A stretch of 45,545 bases of DNA. It comes from Deltaproteobacteria bacterium (lineage in GTDB: Bacteria > Desulfobacterota > Desulfobacteria > Desulfobacterales > C00003060). The translations under genes and the position numbers were made by a program. Each line of letters starts with the position of its first letter. The stretch's first letter is position 1. Under the pieces are notes generated by a model, which worked only from the letters and a program-made list of their open reading frames with translations, did not search any database and was not told the DNA's origin. Positions 8,744 to 20,660 of the stretch are shown here, piece by piece. The stretch is from assembly GCA_030592345.1 (NCBI GenBank), contig JAUVJO010000002.1, positions 1 through 45,545 on the forward strand, in the 5' to 3' direction.

Positions 8744-10450
8744 TTAACTCTTCACTCTCCCAATCATCTCCCGTGCATGATCCATGGCCTTCTTTGTGAT
8801 CTCGACCCCTGCCAGCATGCGGGCCATCTCCTCAACGCGGGCCTCCCCGTCTAGTGGCGTGATCGTGGTGCGGGTACGTCCTTTGTAAACAGCTTTGGCA
8901 ATCCTAAAATGGGATTTTCCAAACTGAGCGATCTGGGGCAGATGAGTAATGCATATGACCTGATGAAAACCGGCCAGGGACTCTAACTTGTGACCCACCA
9001 TTTCCGCCACACCGCCGCCAATACCTGCATCCACCTCATCGAATATGATGGTCTCAACAGACTCCCTGGTCGCCAACATTGCTTTCAGGGCAAGGATAAT
9101 TCGGGAAAGCTCTCCGCCTGAGGCAATCTGGGCAAGCGGCCTCAGATCTTCACCCACGTTCGGGGCGATCAGGAACTCAACACGGTCTATACCTGTGGCC
9201 TCAATGCCGCAACTACCCAAGGCCAGATGAGGGTCCGAATTCTCATCAACCGGCACCTCTTTGAACCTGATATCAAAGCGGGTCTTTGGCATCCCCAAAG
9301 ATGCCAACTCGTTTTGAACCTTTTCAGCGAGACTTTTGGCAACCCGTTTTCTCTGCTCAGATAACTTGCGGCACTGGCTTGCCAACTCCTCATACAACCT
9401 CCCTAGCCTTAGCTCTGTTTCAGTGATCTCATCCGGCAGAGAGGATACACGCCTCAGCTCCTTTTCGGCCTCCTTGCCGTGGGCGAGCACTGACTCAAGG
9501 GACCCTCCGTACTTTCGCTTCAGTCTGCCAAGTGTGTCCAGCCGAAGCTCTACAGCTTCCAGCCGCTGGCTGTCAAAGACAACACCCTGAACGTAGCTGT
9601 GGAGTTCATTGGCAACGTCTTCCAACTCAAAAGAGGCCGTCTCCACCCTGTTTGCCAAAGTACTCAAAGCACGATCAATCTCGGCCAGTGCCTGAAGCTC
9701 CCTCCCGATCACGGTGAGCTGTTCAATTACGGCCCCCTCGGCCCCGTACAGGCGGTCTACGCACAGGCCCGCAGCCTTATACAGACGTTCGGCATGCTTC
9801 AGGCGCTCGCGTTCTTGCTCAAGCTCGTTGTCTTCGCCCGGCACGATTTCGGCCTGTTGTATCTCGACTACTTGAAACTCAAGAAGTTCACGGCGACCTG
9901 ATTGTTCTGCCAACTCGCGCCTTAAGGTGGCAAGTCTCCTGATCAATGGAAGCATCTCATGATAATACCCGGACACCTTTCCCCGGAGTTCGGTCAACCC
10001 GGCGAACTGATCAAGGACCACAAGGTGGTATTCTGATTTTAGCAAACTCTGGTGGGCGTGTTGACCGGCTATGCTTGCAAGGTGCTCATTGATGCTGGAA
10101 AGCAATTGCGTGGTGGCCAGTCGGCCGTTGATATAGACCTTGTGGCGACCATTTCTCTGGATCATGCGCCGGACCAGAAGACCCTCTGACATATCGAACC
10201 CCAGTTCCCCGGCGCTCCTTGCTGCCGGGCTCTCAGGAGGGACTTCAAAGAGTGCTTCCAGTTCGGCCGTCTTTTCAGAGGTCCGAATCAGTTCGGGCGA
10301 GGCCCGGCTCCCGAGAATCAAGTTAACAGCATTGATAATAATCGATTTTCCGGCCCCTGTCTCTCCGGTCAACACTGTGAGGCCGTCGTCAAAACTGATC
10401 GAAAGGTCGTCAATGATAGCGAAATTTCTTATGGCGAGTTCTCGAAGCAT
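8744..10450 (-). CDS. recN: DNA repair protein RecN
   Basis: 568 aa. Canonical N-terminus MLRELAIRNFAIIDDL, Walker A GETGAGKS, C-terminal SGGELSRI signature and a coiled-coil middle. Confidence 0.95.
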   Translation of the reverse strand: MLRELAIRNFAIIDDLSISFDDGLTVLTGETGAGKSIIINAVNLILGSRASPELIRTSEKTAELEALFEVPPESPAARSAGELGFDMSEGLLVRRMIQRNGRHKVYINGRLATTQLLSSINEHLASIAGQHAHQSLLKSEYHLVVLDQFAGLTELRGKVSGYYHEMLPLIRRLATLRRELAEQSGRRELLEFQVVEIQQAEIVPGEDNELEQERERLKHAERLYKAAGLCVDRLYGAEGAVIEQLTVIGRELQALAEIDRALSTLANRVETASFELEDVANELHSYVQGVVFDSQRLEAVELRLDTLGRLKRKYGGSLESVLAHGKEAEKELRRVSSLPDEITETELRLGRLYEELASQCRKLSEQRKRVAKSLAEKVQNELASLGMPKTRFDIRFKEVPVDENSDPHLALGSCGIEATGIDRVEFLIAPNVGEDLRPLAQIASGGELSRIILALKAMLATRESVETIIFDEVDAGIGGGVAEMVGHKLESLAGFHQVICITHLPQIAQFGKSHFRIAKAVYKGRTRTTITPLDGEARVEEMARMLAGVEITKKAMDHAREMIGRVKS

Positions 10451-10453
10451 TCA

Positions 10454-10502
10454 ATTGGTCATTGGTCATTGGTCACTGGTCATTGGTCATTGGTCATTGG
10501 TC
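10454..10502. repeat. Seven tandem heptamers: attggtc on the plus strand, ATGACCA-type on the minus strand
   Basis: Read directly: attggtc x3, actggtc, attggtc x3. The array ends 3 nt from the recN start codon (10450). Confidence 0.95.
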
Positions 10503-10574
10503 AAATATTAGGCGTTTACAGGTTCAGAGTTTCGGTGAACCCTGAACCCCGAACCCGTGAACGGTTACCAATCA

Positions 10575-11330
10575 TCAATCATCAATCCTAACGATCGCCT
10601 CGAAAATCTGATTCAGCGCCACAACCGACCTGGCATTATCGGGCAATTCTATGGTGGGCCGTCCTTCGGTGTCGTATTGGGCGATCAACTCGTCTTCCGG
10701 CACACACCCGGCCAGGTTCAACCCGGCAGCTTTGACGGCGGCCTTGATCGCAGCGGGTAGCTCGCCGTTGACACGGTTTATGATCACATAGTCATTCTTG
10801 ATACCAAGCTTAAGCTCCCTGGCAAGATCACGAATCCGCTTTGCTGCAATGATCCCCCTTTGGGTAGGATCAGATACGATGAGCAAAATGTCAGCGCGAC
10901 GGGCGACCAGCCGACTGATATGCTCCATGCCTGCCTCATTGTCCATCACAATAATACGGTAGTTTTCGCACAGTATCTCCATGAACCGGGAGAGAAGCGT
11001 GTTGGCATGACAATAACACCCCGGGCCTTCAGGACGTCCCATAACGATCAGGTCATACCCCTCTGCCTCTATCAGAGACTCGGCAACCTTATATTCCATA
11101 TAAACATCCCTGGTCATCCCAGGGGGCACACCATCTTTGAGCCCCTCCCTGGCCTCACCCAGGGTTGTCTCTACCTCGAGGCCAAGGACCTCATTTAAAT
11201 TCGCGTTGGCATCTGCATCCACAGCCAGGACAGGCTTAATATCATTTTTCAAGAAAAACTTTATTAAAAGACCTGCAACCGTGGTCTTACCGGTGCCGCC
11301 CTTGCCGGCCATGGCAACGATCATCGTCAT
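10575..11330 (-). CDS. cooC: CooC/AcsF-type Ni-insertion ATPase (CO dehydrogenase/ACS maturation factor)
   Basis: MTMIVAMAGKGGTGKTTVAGL (deviant Walker A) and the CxC motif GPGCYCHAN. Its ATG 11330 overlaps the upstream stop as ATGA (11327-11330), with GGAGG upstream. The 75-codon N-terminal extension in the ORF track overlaps the previous gene and is rejected. Confidence 0.85.
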   Translation of the reverse strand: MTMIVAMAGKGGTGKTTVAGLLIKFFLKNDIKPVLAVDADANANLNEVLGLEVETTLGEAREGLKDGVPPGMTRDVYMEYKVAESLIEAEGYDLIVMGRPEGPGCYCHANTLLSRFMEILCENYRIIVMDNEAGMEHISRLVARRADILLIVSDPTQRGIIAAKRIRDLARELKLGIKNDYVIINRVNGELPAAIKAAVKAAGLNLAGCVPEDELIAQYDTEGRPTIELPDNARSVVALNQIFEAIVRIDD

Positions 11331-13321
11331 GCGGCCTCCCTCGCCTTGTAGATCATTTGACAGTTCGATTGAAGGAGCTTGCTTACATGCGGAAAAAAAC
11401 GGGCTTCTGTGTGAGGAAGAAAAAGGGCGCCTATATAGTTGTCCATGAATGATTGGTTGTCGCTCAACTCGACATTGGTCATCATTTTTGCAATCCGTTC
11501 TGCCTCGCTGACCATGCCTTTGGAAAGACAAATCAGTCGTGCCCCCAGAAGGCATCCGTTTCCAAGGAAGTGGAACTTTTTAACTGGAATGTCCGGAAAC
11601 AAACCGATCCGTTTTCCCTTTTCAAGGTTTATGTACCGGCCAAAAGCACCAGCCACGATCACCCTGTCCAGGTCATCGAAAGAAAGTGACATAGTATCAA
11701 GGAGTGTCAAACATCCGGCAAAAAGTGCACTTTTGCCGCGCATCAGATTCTCAATATCGACCTCGGTAATGACGATATCATGCCCGGTGCCTGAGTCTCT
11801 AGCCCATGCCAATACATATTCGCACCCGAACCGCCCTTGCCGCATGCGATCTGAAGACAGGTTGATATAAAACTTGCCATTTGGATCAATAACACATCCG
11901 CTGAGCAACTCTGAAAGGATGCTGATCAGGCCGGACCCGCAGATACCACGGGGCTTTTTCCTGTCGACCGTAATAACCATAGGCTCCAGGGTGAGCGGAT
12001 TGAGGTGGAACCCTTCAATAGCCCCCTTGTCCGCCCGCATACCATGTTTGATGCCACCCCCCTCAAAGGCAGGCCCCATGGAGCACGCTGCGCACACCAG
12101 CCAATCACTGTTTCCGAGAACGATCTCACCGTTGGTGCCGATGTCCATATAGAGGGTGAGTTCCTTTTTTTGAAACACGCCAGAGCCCAGTATGCCAGAG
12201 ACAATATCTCCCCCAACATAACTCGCTACCAAAGGAAAACTCTGAAGCCGCACACGATCTGGCACATCAATGCCAATATCGGACGCCCAGACCGATGGCA
12301 CGTAATTGGCTGCCGGCACATACGGCGATTCCCGAATATAGCGTGTTTCCAAACCGAGCAAAAGATGTGTCATAGTAGTGTTGCCGGCGCAAGCAATGTA
12401 TGAGACACTTTCTTTTGAGCTCCCCGTCTGGGTCAAGATCTCGCTAATCACCTGATTGACCGAAGATACGACCAGGGATTGCAGCTTTTCTCTCCCCCCG
12501 GGCTTTTGCGCATACACGATACGGGTAATTACATCCTCTCCATAATCAGCCTGCTTGTTATATTCAGCCGTCTCGGCAATGACCTTTCCGGTCTTAAGAT
12601 CAAGAAGCTCAGCGCACACTGTGGTCGTTCCAATGTCCAACACAATGGCAAGATTCTGGCCCGAGGTGTCGCCAGGCTCCAAACGGACCAGTCTCAATGG
12701 TCGGGTCTGGCCTTGTGAGGATGATATGGTCCCAGACTCCGGGGCTGCCACCATCGTAGCCGTAACAGACCAATCACTCTTCCTCAAAAGCCGTGGCATG
12801 GTCCTGAGATCTCCGATGTCTACCGCAATATTGTCAATATGATGCTCTTTCCTCAGGCCCTTTAAAAGGCGAGCCAGGTCGCTTATGTTATCCTTCAGCG
12901 TGGGCGGGGTAAGTCGTACCGGCACCTTGATGGTGGCAGGGTCAAACTGCCAGCCTACAGCCAAGACCTTTGTATCAAGGGGAGAAATCTTGCGCTCAGT
13001 CTTACTCATGTCGAGTTGTTGCGTGACAACCCGTTTCAGGCCCCTTGACTCAACAGGAATCCGCACAGTGCAGTCAGAAAGAACAAAGGTCTTACAGGCC
13101 TGGCGCCATCGCTGTTCGTATTTTTCCTGACTTATCATTTCCGTCTTTTCGCTCTCAACATCCCCTGCCTCTATGATGACCTGGCACTTGCCGCAAACAC
13201 CCTGCCCGCCGCACGAGGCATTGATGTGCACGCCGGCCGCAAGGGCCGCCTCCAACAAGTTCGTGCCCCTGTCAACACGAATCGAAACATTTGACGGTTC
13301 AAAGGTGATGGTGTGTTGCAT
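11327..13321 (-). CDS. acsV: Corrinoid activation/regeneration protein (RACo/AcsV-type): N-terminal plant-type [2Fe-2S] ferredoxin domain plus an ASKHA-fold ATPase
   Basis: 664 aa. SCGGQGVCGKCQV cluster motif near the N-terminus. The long C-terminal region has ASKHA-like DIGTTT and DIGTNGE phosphate motifs. Confidence 0.8.
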   Translation of the reverse strand: MQHTITFEPSNVSIRVDRGTNLLEAALAAGVHINASCGGQGVCGKCQVIIEAGDVESEKTEMISQEKYEQRWRQACKTFVLSDCTVRIPVESRGLKRVVTQQLDMSKTERKISPLDTKVLAVGWQFDPATIKVPVRLTPPTLKDNISDLARLLKGLRKEHHIDNIAVDIGDLRTMPRLLRKSDWSVTATMVAAPESGTISSSQGQTRPLRLVRLEPGDTSGQNLAIVLDIGTTTVCAELLDLKTGKVIAETAEYNKQADYGEDVITRIVYAQKPGGREKLQSLVVSSVNQVISEILTQTGSSKESVSYIACAGNTTMTHLLLGLETRYIRESPYVPAANYVPSVWASDIGIDVPDRVRLQSFPLVASYVGGDIVSGILGSGVFQKKELTLYMDIGTNGEIVLGNSDWLVCAACSMGPAFEGGGIKHGMRADKGAIEGFHLNPLTLEPMVITVDRKKPRGICGSGLISILSELLSGCVIDPNGKFYINLSSDRMRQGRFGCEYVLAWARDSGTGHDIVITEVDIENLMRGKSALFAGCLTLLDTMSLSFDDLDRVIVAGAFGRYINLEKGKRIGLFPDIPVKKFHFLGNGCLLGARLICLSKGMVSEAERIAKMMTNVELSDNQSFMDNYIGALFLPHTEARFFPHVSKLLQSNCQMIYKAREAA

Positions 13322-13462
13322 AATTAAGTTGAAAGTGCCTAAAGTTGGTTGTTATTGATCAGTGGTCATTTGTCACTAGAGACACAATCCGCAGCAAGTC
13401 ACAAATGACGAAAAAAGCCGCTCGGGTCAATCGCCCAAGCGGCCTGTCTGTTCAGGTCAGGA

Positions 13463-17133
<3,671 letters not shown>

Positions 17134-17379
17134 TCAATTACTTTTTTTTAGCCTTAAACTATATGCCATCAAAAAGTCAACTATTTAACGCTTGAAAATT
17201 GCGACCCGGATCAGACGGAGGCGAAGAACCAAGGAGTGAGAAAGTGGAAGGACGATGCTGAAAGCTCAAAGCTCAAAGCTGAATGCTGAATGCTGAATGC
17301 TGAAAAAAGGGAATTCCCCTTGTTTGACAGCGTACAGCATCACAAAACAACGTAGAGCGACTCTGCAAATCGTTGATCT

Positions 17380-17492
17380 TTACCTTTCAGCCTTGAGCTT
17401 TCAGCCTTTACCTTTCAGCCTTGAGCTTTCAGCCTTGAGCTTTCAGCCTTGAGCTTTCAGCCTTGAGCCTTCAGCTTTGAACCTTCAGCTCC
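17380..17492. repeat. About eight tandem copies of a 14-nt unit (ctttcagccttgag), opposed by an inverted array at 17257-17307
   Basis: Read directly. The array at 17257-17307 (gctgaaagctcaaagctcaaagctgaatgctgaa...) is approximately its reverse complement. Confidence 0.9.
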
Positions 17493-17496
17493 TACA

Positions 17497-18363
17497 TCAA
17501 AACACCTCTCTGGCCTCCTTGCCCAGCTCTCCTAAGTGTTCCACCACGTGAATGCCGCTCTTTTTCATGGCAGCGATCTTTTCTTTGGCTGTTCCTCCGC
17601 TCCCTGATATGATGGCACCAGCGTGACCCATACGCTTTCCTGGCGGGGCGGTAAGGCCTGCAATGAATCCGAGCACAGGCTTTTTGAAATAGTTTTTGAT
17701 GTATTCGGCAGCCACTTCCTCATCGCTGCCACCGATCTCTCCGATGAGCACCACACCTTCGGTCTCAGGGTCTTTGTCGAACAACTCCAGGATATCCACA
17801 AACGTGGAACCGATGATAGGATCGCCCCCGATCCCGATGCACGTGCTCTGCCCAAGTCCGCTCTGGGTAAGTTGATTGACCACCTCGTAGGTAAGCGTCC
17901 CGCTCCTTGATACCACGCCTATGGAACCCTCCTTATGGATCTGTCCGGGCATGATACCGGCCTTTGAGAAACCAGGTGAAATCACTCCCGGGCAGTTCGG
18001 GCCGATGAGGCGGCAGTTATGGCGTTTCAAAAACGGGACCACCTTCATCATGTCATGGATAGGGATCCCCTCTGTAATGCAAACGGTCAGTTCAAGCCCT
18101 GCTGCAGCAGATTCCATGATCGCATCTGCCGCAAATGGAGACGGCACAAAAATTAAGCTGGCATTGGCACCGGTCTTTTCAACTGCCTCATGAATCGTGT
18201 TAAAGACCGGTATCCCGTCCAGATTCTGCCCCCCCTTGCCAGGGGTTACCCCTGCCACCACGTTCGTCCCGTAGGCCACGCACTGCCTCGTATGAAAACT
18301 TCCTTCCCTCCCCGTGATTCCCTGGACAAGAAGGCGCGTGTTTTTGTCAATTAATATAGTCAT
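17497..18363 (-). CDS. sucD: Succinyl-CoA synthetase alpha subunit
   Basis: 288 aa. [21 protein letters not shown] and the phosphohistidine loop GHAGAIISG. Confidence 0.95.
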   Translation of the reverse strand: MTILIDKNTRLLVQGITGREGSFHTRQCVAYGTNVVAGVTPGKGGQNLDGIPVFNTIHEAVEKTGANASLIFVPSPFAADAIMESAAAGLELTVCITEGIPIHDMMKVVPFLKRHNCRLIGPNCPGVISPGFSKAGIMPGQIHKEGSIGVVSRSGTLTYEVVNQLTQSGLGQSTCIGIGGDPIIGSTFVDILELFDKDPETEGVVLIGEIGGSDEEVAAEYIKNYFKKPVLGFIAGLTAPPGKRMGHAGAIISGSGGTAKEKIAAMKKSGIHVVEHLGELGKEAREVF

Positions 18364-18453
18364 TTGTCACTCGTCATTTATCATTGGTCATTTATCATTT
18401 ATCATTGGTCATTTGTTACTTATTCCACTCTCCGCATTCCACACTCCGCAACA
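18364..18453. repeat. ATGAC/ATGAT word repeats filling the sucC-sucD intercistronic spacer
   Basis: Plus strand: tttgtcactcgtcatttatcattggtcatttatcatttatcattggtcatttgttac, then ttccactctccgcattccacactccgc. Confidence 0.85.
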
Positions 18454-19611
18454 CTATACGATTCCCCTGACCTTCTCCGCTGCATCAGCCATGCTGTCGG
18501 CAACCACAAAATCGAGTCCGGAGGCTGCCAGGATATCACGGCCTTCCTCCACATTTGTGCCGTCGAGACGGACCACCACGGGCACATTGATCGCCACGTT
18601 CCTGGCTGCCTCCACCACCCCATTGGCCAAAACGTCACATCTAAGTATGCCGCCAAATATGTTGATCAGGATACCCCGAACACTTTTGTCCCCAAGAATG
18701 ATCTCAAAGCCCTTGGTCACCATCTCTGTGGTGGCCCCGCCACCCACGTCCAGGAAATTGGCCGGCTTTGCCCCGGCCTGCTTGATCAGGTCCATGGTCG
18801 CCATGGCAAGCCCTGCGCCATTTACCATGATCCCAACGTTTCCCTCCATGCGGATGTAGTTCAGGCGGTGCTCTGAGGCTTCGAGCTCCAGGGATTCCTG
18901 CTCGCCGGGATCGTCCAGCTCCTGCAGGTCCTTGTGGCGATACCGGGCATTATCATCGAACTCGATTTTGGCATCCAGGGCAAAGATCTGGTTTGCCTCT
19001 GTCACAACCAGTGGGTTGATCTCCACCAGCATACAATCGAACGATTCAAAAAGCCTGTAGAGTTGTAAAAATATCCCTGTGCCGACCCGCACAAGACTCG
19101 CGTCTATCCCCAGCCCAAAGACAAGATTTCGTGCCTGAAAGGCCGGAAGCCCGATACCTACATCGACCCACTCTCTGACGATTGCCTCAGGACGGCTCGC
19201 GGCCAACTCCTCGATTCCCATGCCGCCTTCGGAACTTCCGATCATTACCGGCGATTGTCTTGCCCGATCAACGGCTGCCCCAACATAAAACTCCTGTTTG
19301 ACAGCAAGGGCCTCTTCCACCAGGACTTTGCTGACCCGTCTTCCCTGCGGGCCTGTCTGAGGGGTCACCAGGGTCATGCCGAGCATCTCTTTGGCTGTCT
19401 CGGCCACGGCCTCCGGCGTTTCTGCCACACGCACGCCACCACCTTTGCCACGGCCTCCGGCATGTATCTGGGCCTTAACCACCCAACGACTGCCACCGAT
19501 CTCCTCAGCGATATTCCCGGCCTCTTTTGCATCAAAGGCCACCGAGCCCCGAGGGACAGGGATCTTAAATCGCGAAAAGATCTCCTTTGCCTGATATTCG
19601 TGAATCTTCAT
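18454..19611 (-). CDS. sucC: Succinyl-CoA synthetase beta subunit
   Basis: 385 aa. MKIHEYQAKEIFSRFKIPVPRG (ATP-grasp N-terminus). Confidence 0.95.
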   Translation of the reverse strand: MKIHEYQAKEIFSRFKIPVPRGSVAFDAKEAGNIAEEIGGSRWVVKAQIHAGGRGKGGGVRVAETPEAVAETAKEMLGMTLVTPQTGPQGRRVSKVLVEEALAVKQEFYVGAAVDRARQSPVMIGSSEGGMGIEELAASRPEAIVREWVDVGIGLPAFQARNLVFGLGIDASLVRVGTGIFLQLYRLFESFDCMLVEINPLVVTEANQIFALDAKIEFDDNARYRHKDLQELDDPGEQESLELEASEHRLNYIRMEGNVGIMVNGAGLAMATMDLIKQAGAKPANFLDVGGGATTEMVTKGFEIILGDKSVRGILINIFGGILRCDVLANGVVEAARNVAINVPVVVRLDGTNVEEGRDILAASGLDFVVADSMADAAEKVRGIV

Positions 19612-19639
19612 ATCTGCCTAACCCGGACAAGCCGGAACT

Positions 19640-19720
19640 AAAAAAAAATATCACGAAAGTACGAAGGTACGAAAAAAGAAAATAACATTTCGTGTTTTCC
19701 CTCTTTCGTGTTTTCGTGAT
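19640..19720 (-). terminator. Imperfect long hairpin built from cacgaa/tacgaa words and followed by a T-run (possibly a bidirectional terminator)
   Basis: The outer arms atcacgaaa (19650-19658) and tttcgtgat (19712-19720) are perfect. On the minus strand the hairpin is followed by T9 (plus-strand A-run 19640-19648). It lies between the 155-aa gene stop (19770) and the sucC start (19611). Confidence 0.45.
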
Positions 19721-19769
19721 TGTCTTTATTTTTTTCCCCAGAAAAAGCACTGATTTTAAAACTGAGGAA

Positions 19770-20237
19770 CTACATATTCACCGGCCGCTCTTCTATTTCG
19801 CCCATGGATCTTCCGTTTAGACGGTCGATGGCGGCCCCCAGGGCCTTCATGATCTCGATCTTGTCAGGGCCTCGCACTTTCAGGCTATCGTGTTCCGGTA
19901 GATGGAAGTAGAAGAGATTCTTCAGCTTCCGGATTCCACCCAAATACCTGCGGATCTTCCATTGGCTGCTGACAGGCAATGTCGTATTCCTGAAAACCGA
20001 CAAAAAGCCGTAATGAATCTCAAGGCCCTTAGGGCTGGCCGTTACTGCACTGAACCCCCAGAAAGGGCCGTTAAAAAACCATAAGGCAATCAGCCCCCAG
20101 GCAACCACAAGGATCACGTGAGTGAAGTTCTGCTTCCGGATGCAACGGACCAGAACCACCACAATAATCGCCACGATAACCCCCATGATGACATTCTGGA
20201 CCATCACGGAGCGGATAAAAAAGGTTTCAGGTTCCAT
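19770..20237 (-). CDS. Hypothetical membrane protein (two N-terminal TM helices)
   Basis: 155-aa ORF. Hydrophobic segments VIMGVIVAIIVVVLV and VILVVAWGLIALWFF. I recognise no family. Confidence 0.55.
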   Translation of the reverse strand: MEPETFFIRSVMVQNVIMGVIVAIIVVVLVRCIRKQNFTHVILVVAWGLIALWFFNGPFWGFSAVTASPKGLEIHYGFLSVFRNTTLPVSSQWKIRRYLGGIRKLKNLFYFHLPEHDSLKVRGPDKIEIMKALGAAIDRLNGRSMGEIEERPVNM

Positions 20238-20660
20238 ATAACTCTCAAGGCCAACGTTTCGGAATTTCTACAACCTGTTGAAATACTAGCACTTTCTGAT
20301 TATCTACTACCTGATACATGGAATAATGGAAGGGTGAAATACTGAGGCTAGAAACGGAAAAGGATCATCTTTTGATTGTTTTCATTCCTTTCAACCCATT
20401 ATTCCATCATTCCATCATTCCACTATTCCATTGGGGCGAAGCCCCTAGTTCATCCCCTACCACCCACCAGCTATCGTGTCAAATCGTAAAATCCGCCCAT
20501 CAATGCTACACAAAGTACACTACCATGCTCAAAAATAGATTGACCGAAGAATCGTTTTATGCTATCAGCCCAAAGTAATTTTGGTAAAATAACTATGCTT
20601 CCGGGTAGGTCTTTGAGGGGGACCTTTACTCAGGAAAAAAGGGGAAGAGGAGGATCTTTC

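Noticed and set aside
10454-10502. CRISPR array (also considered for 17380-17492, 40574-40629 and 44584-44683)
   Set aside because: The periods are 7-14 nt with no unique spacers. For 44584-44683 there are only two 44-nt repeats, separated by 12 nt of related sequence. There are no cas genes. None of this is consistent with CRISPR architecture.
10575-11555. The full 326-aa ORF as the CooC gene
   Set aside because: The first 75 codons overlap the 3' end of acsV in another frame and have no CooC-like sequence. The P-loop N-terminus begins at the internal ATG 11330, which has its own GGAGG.
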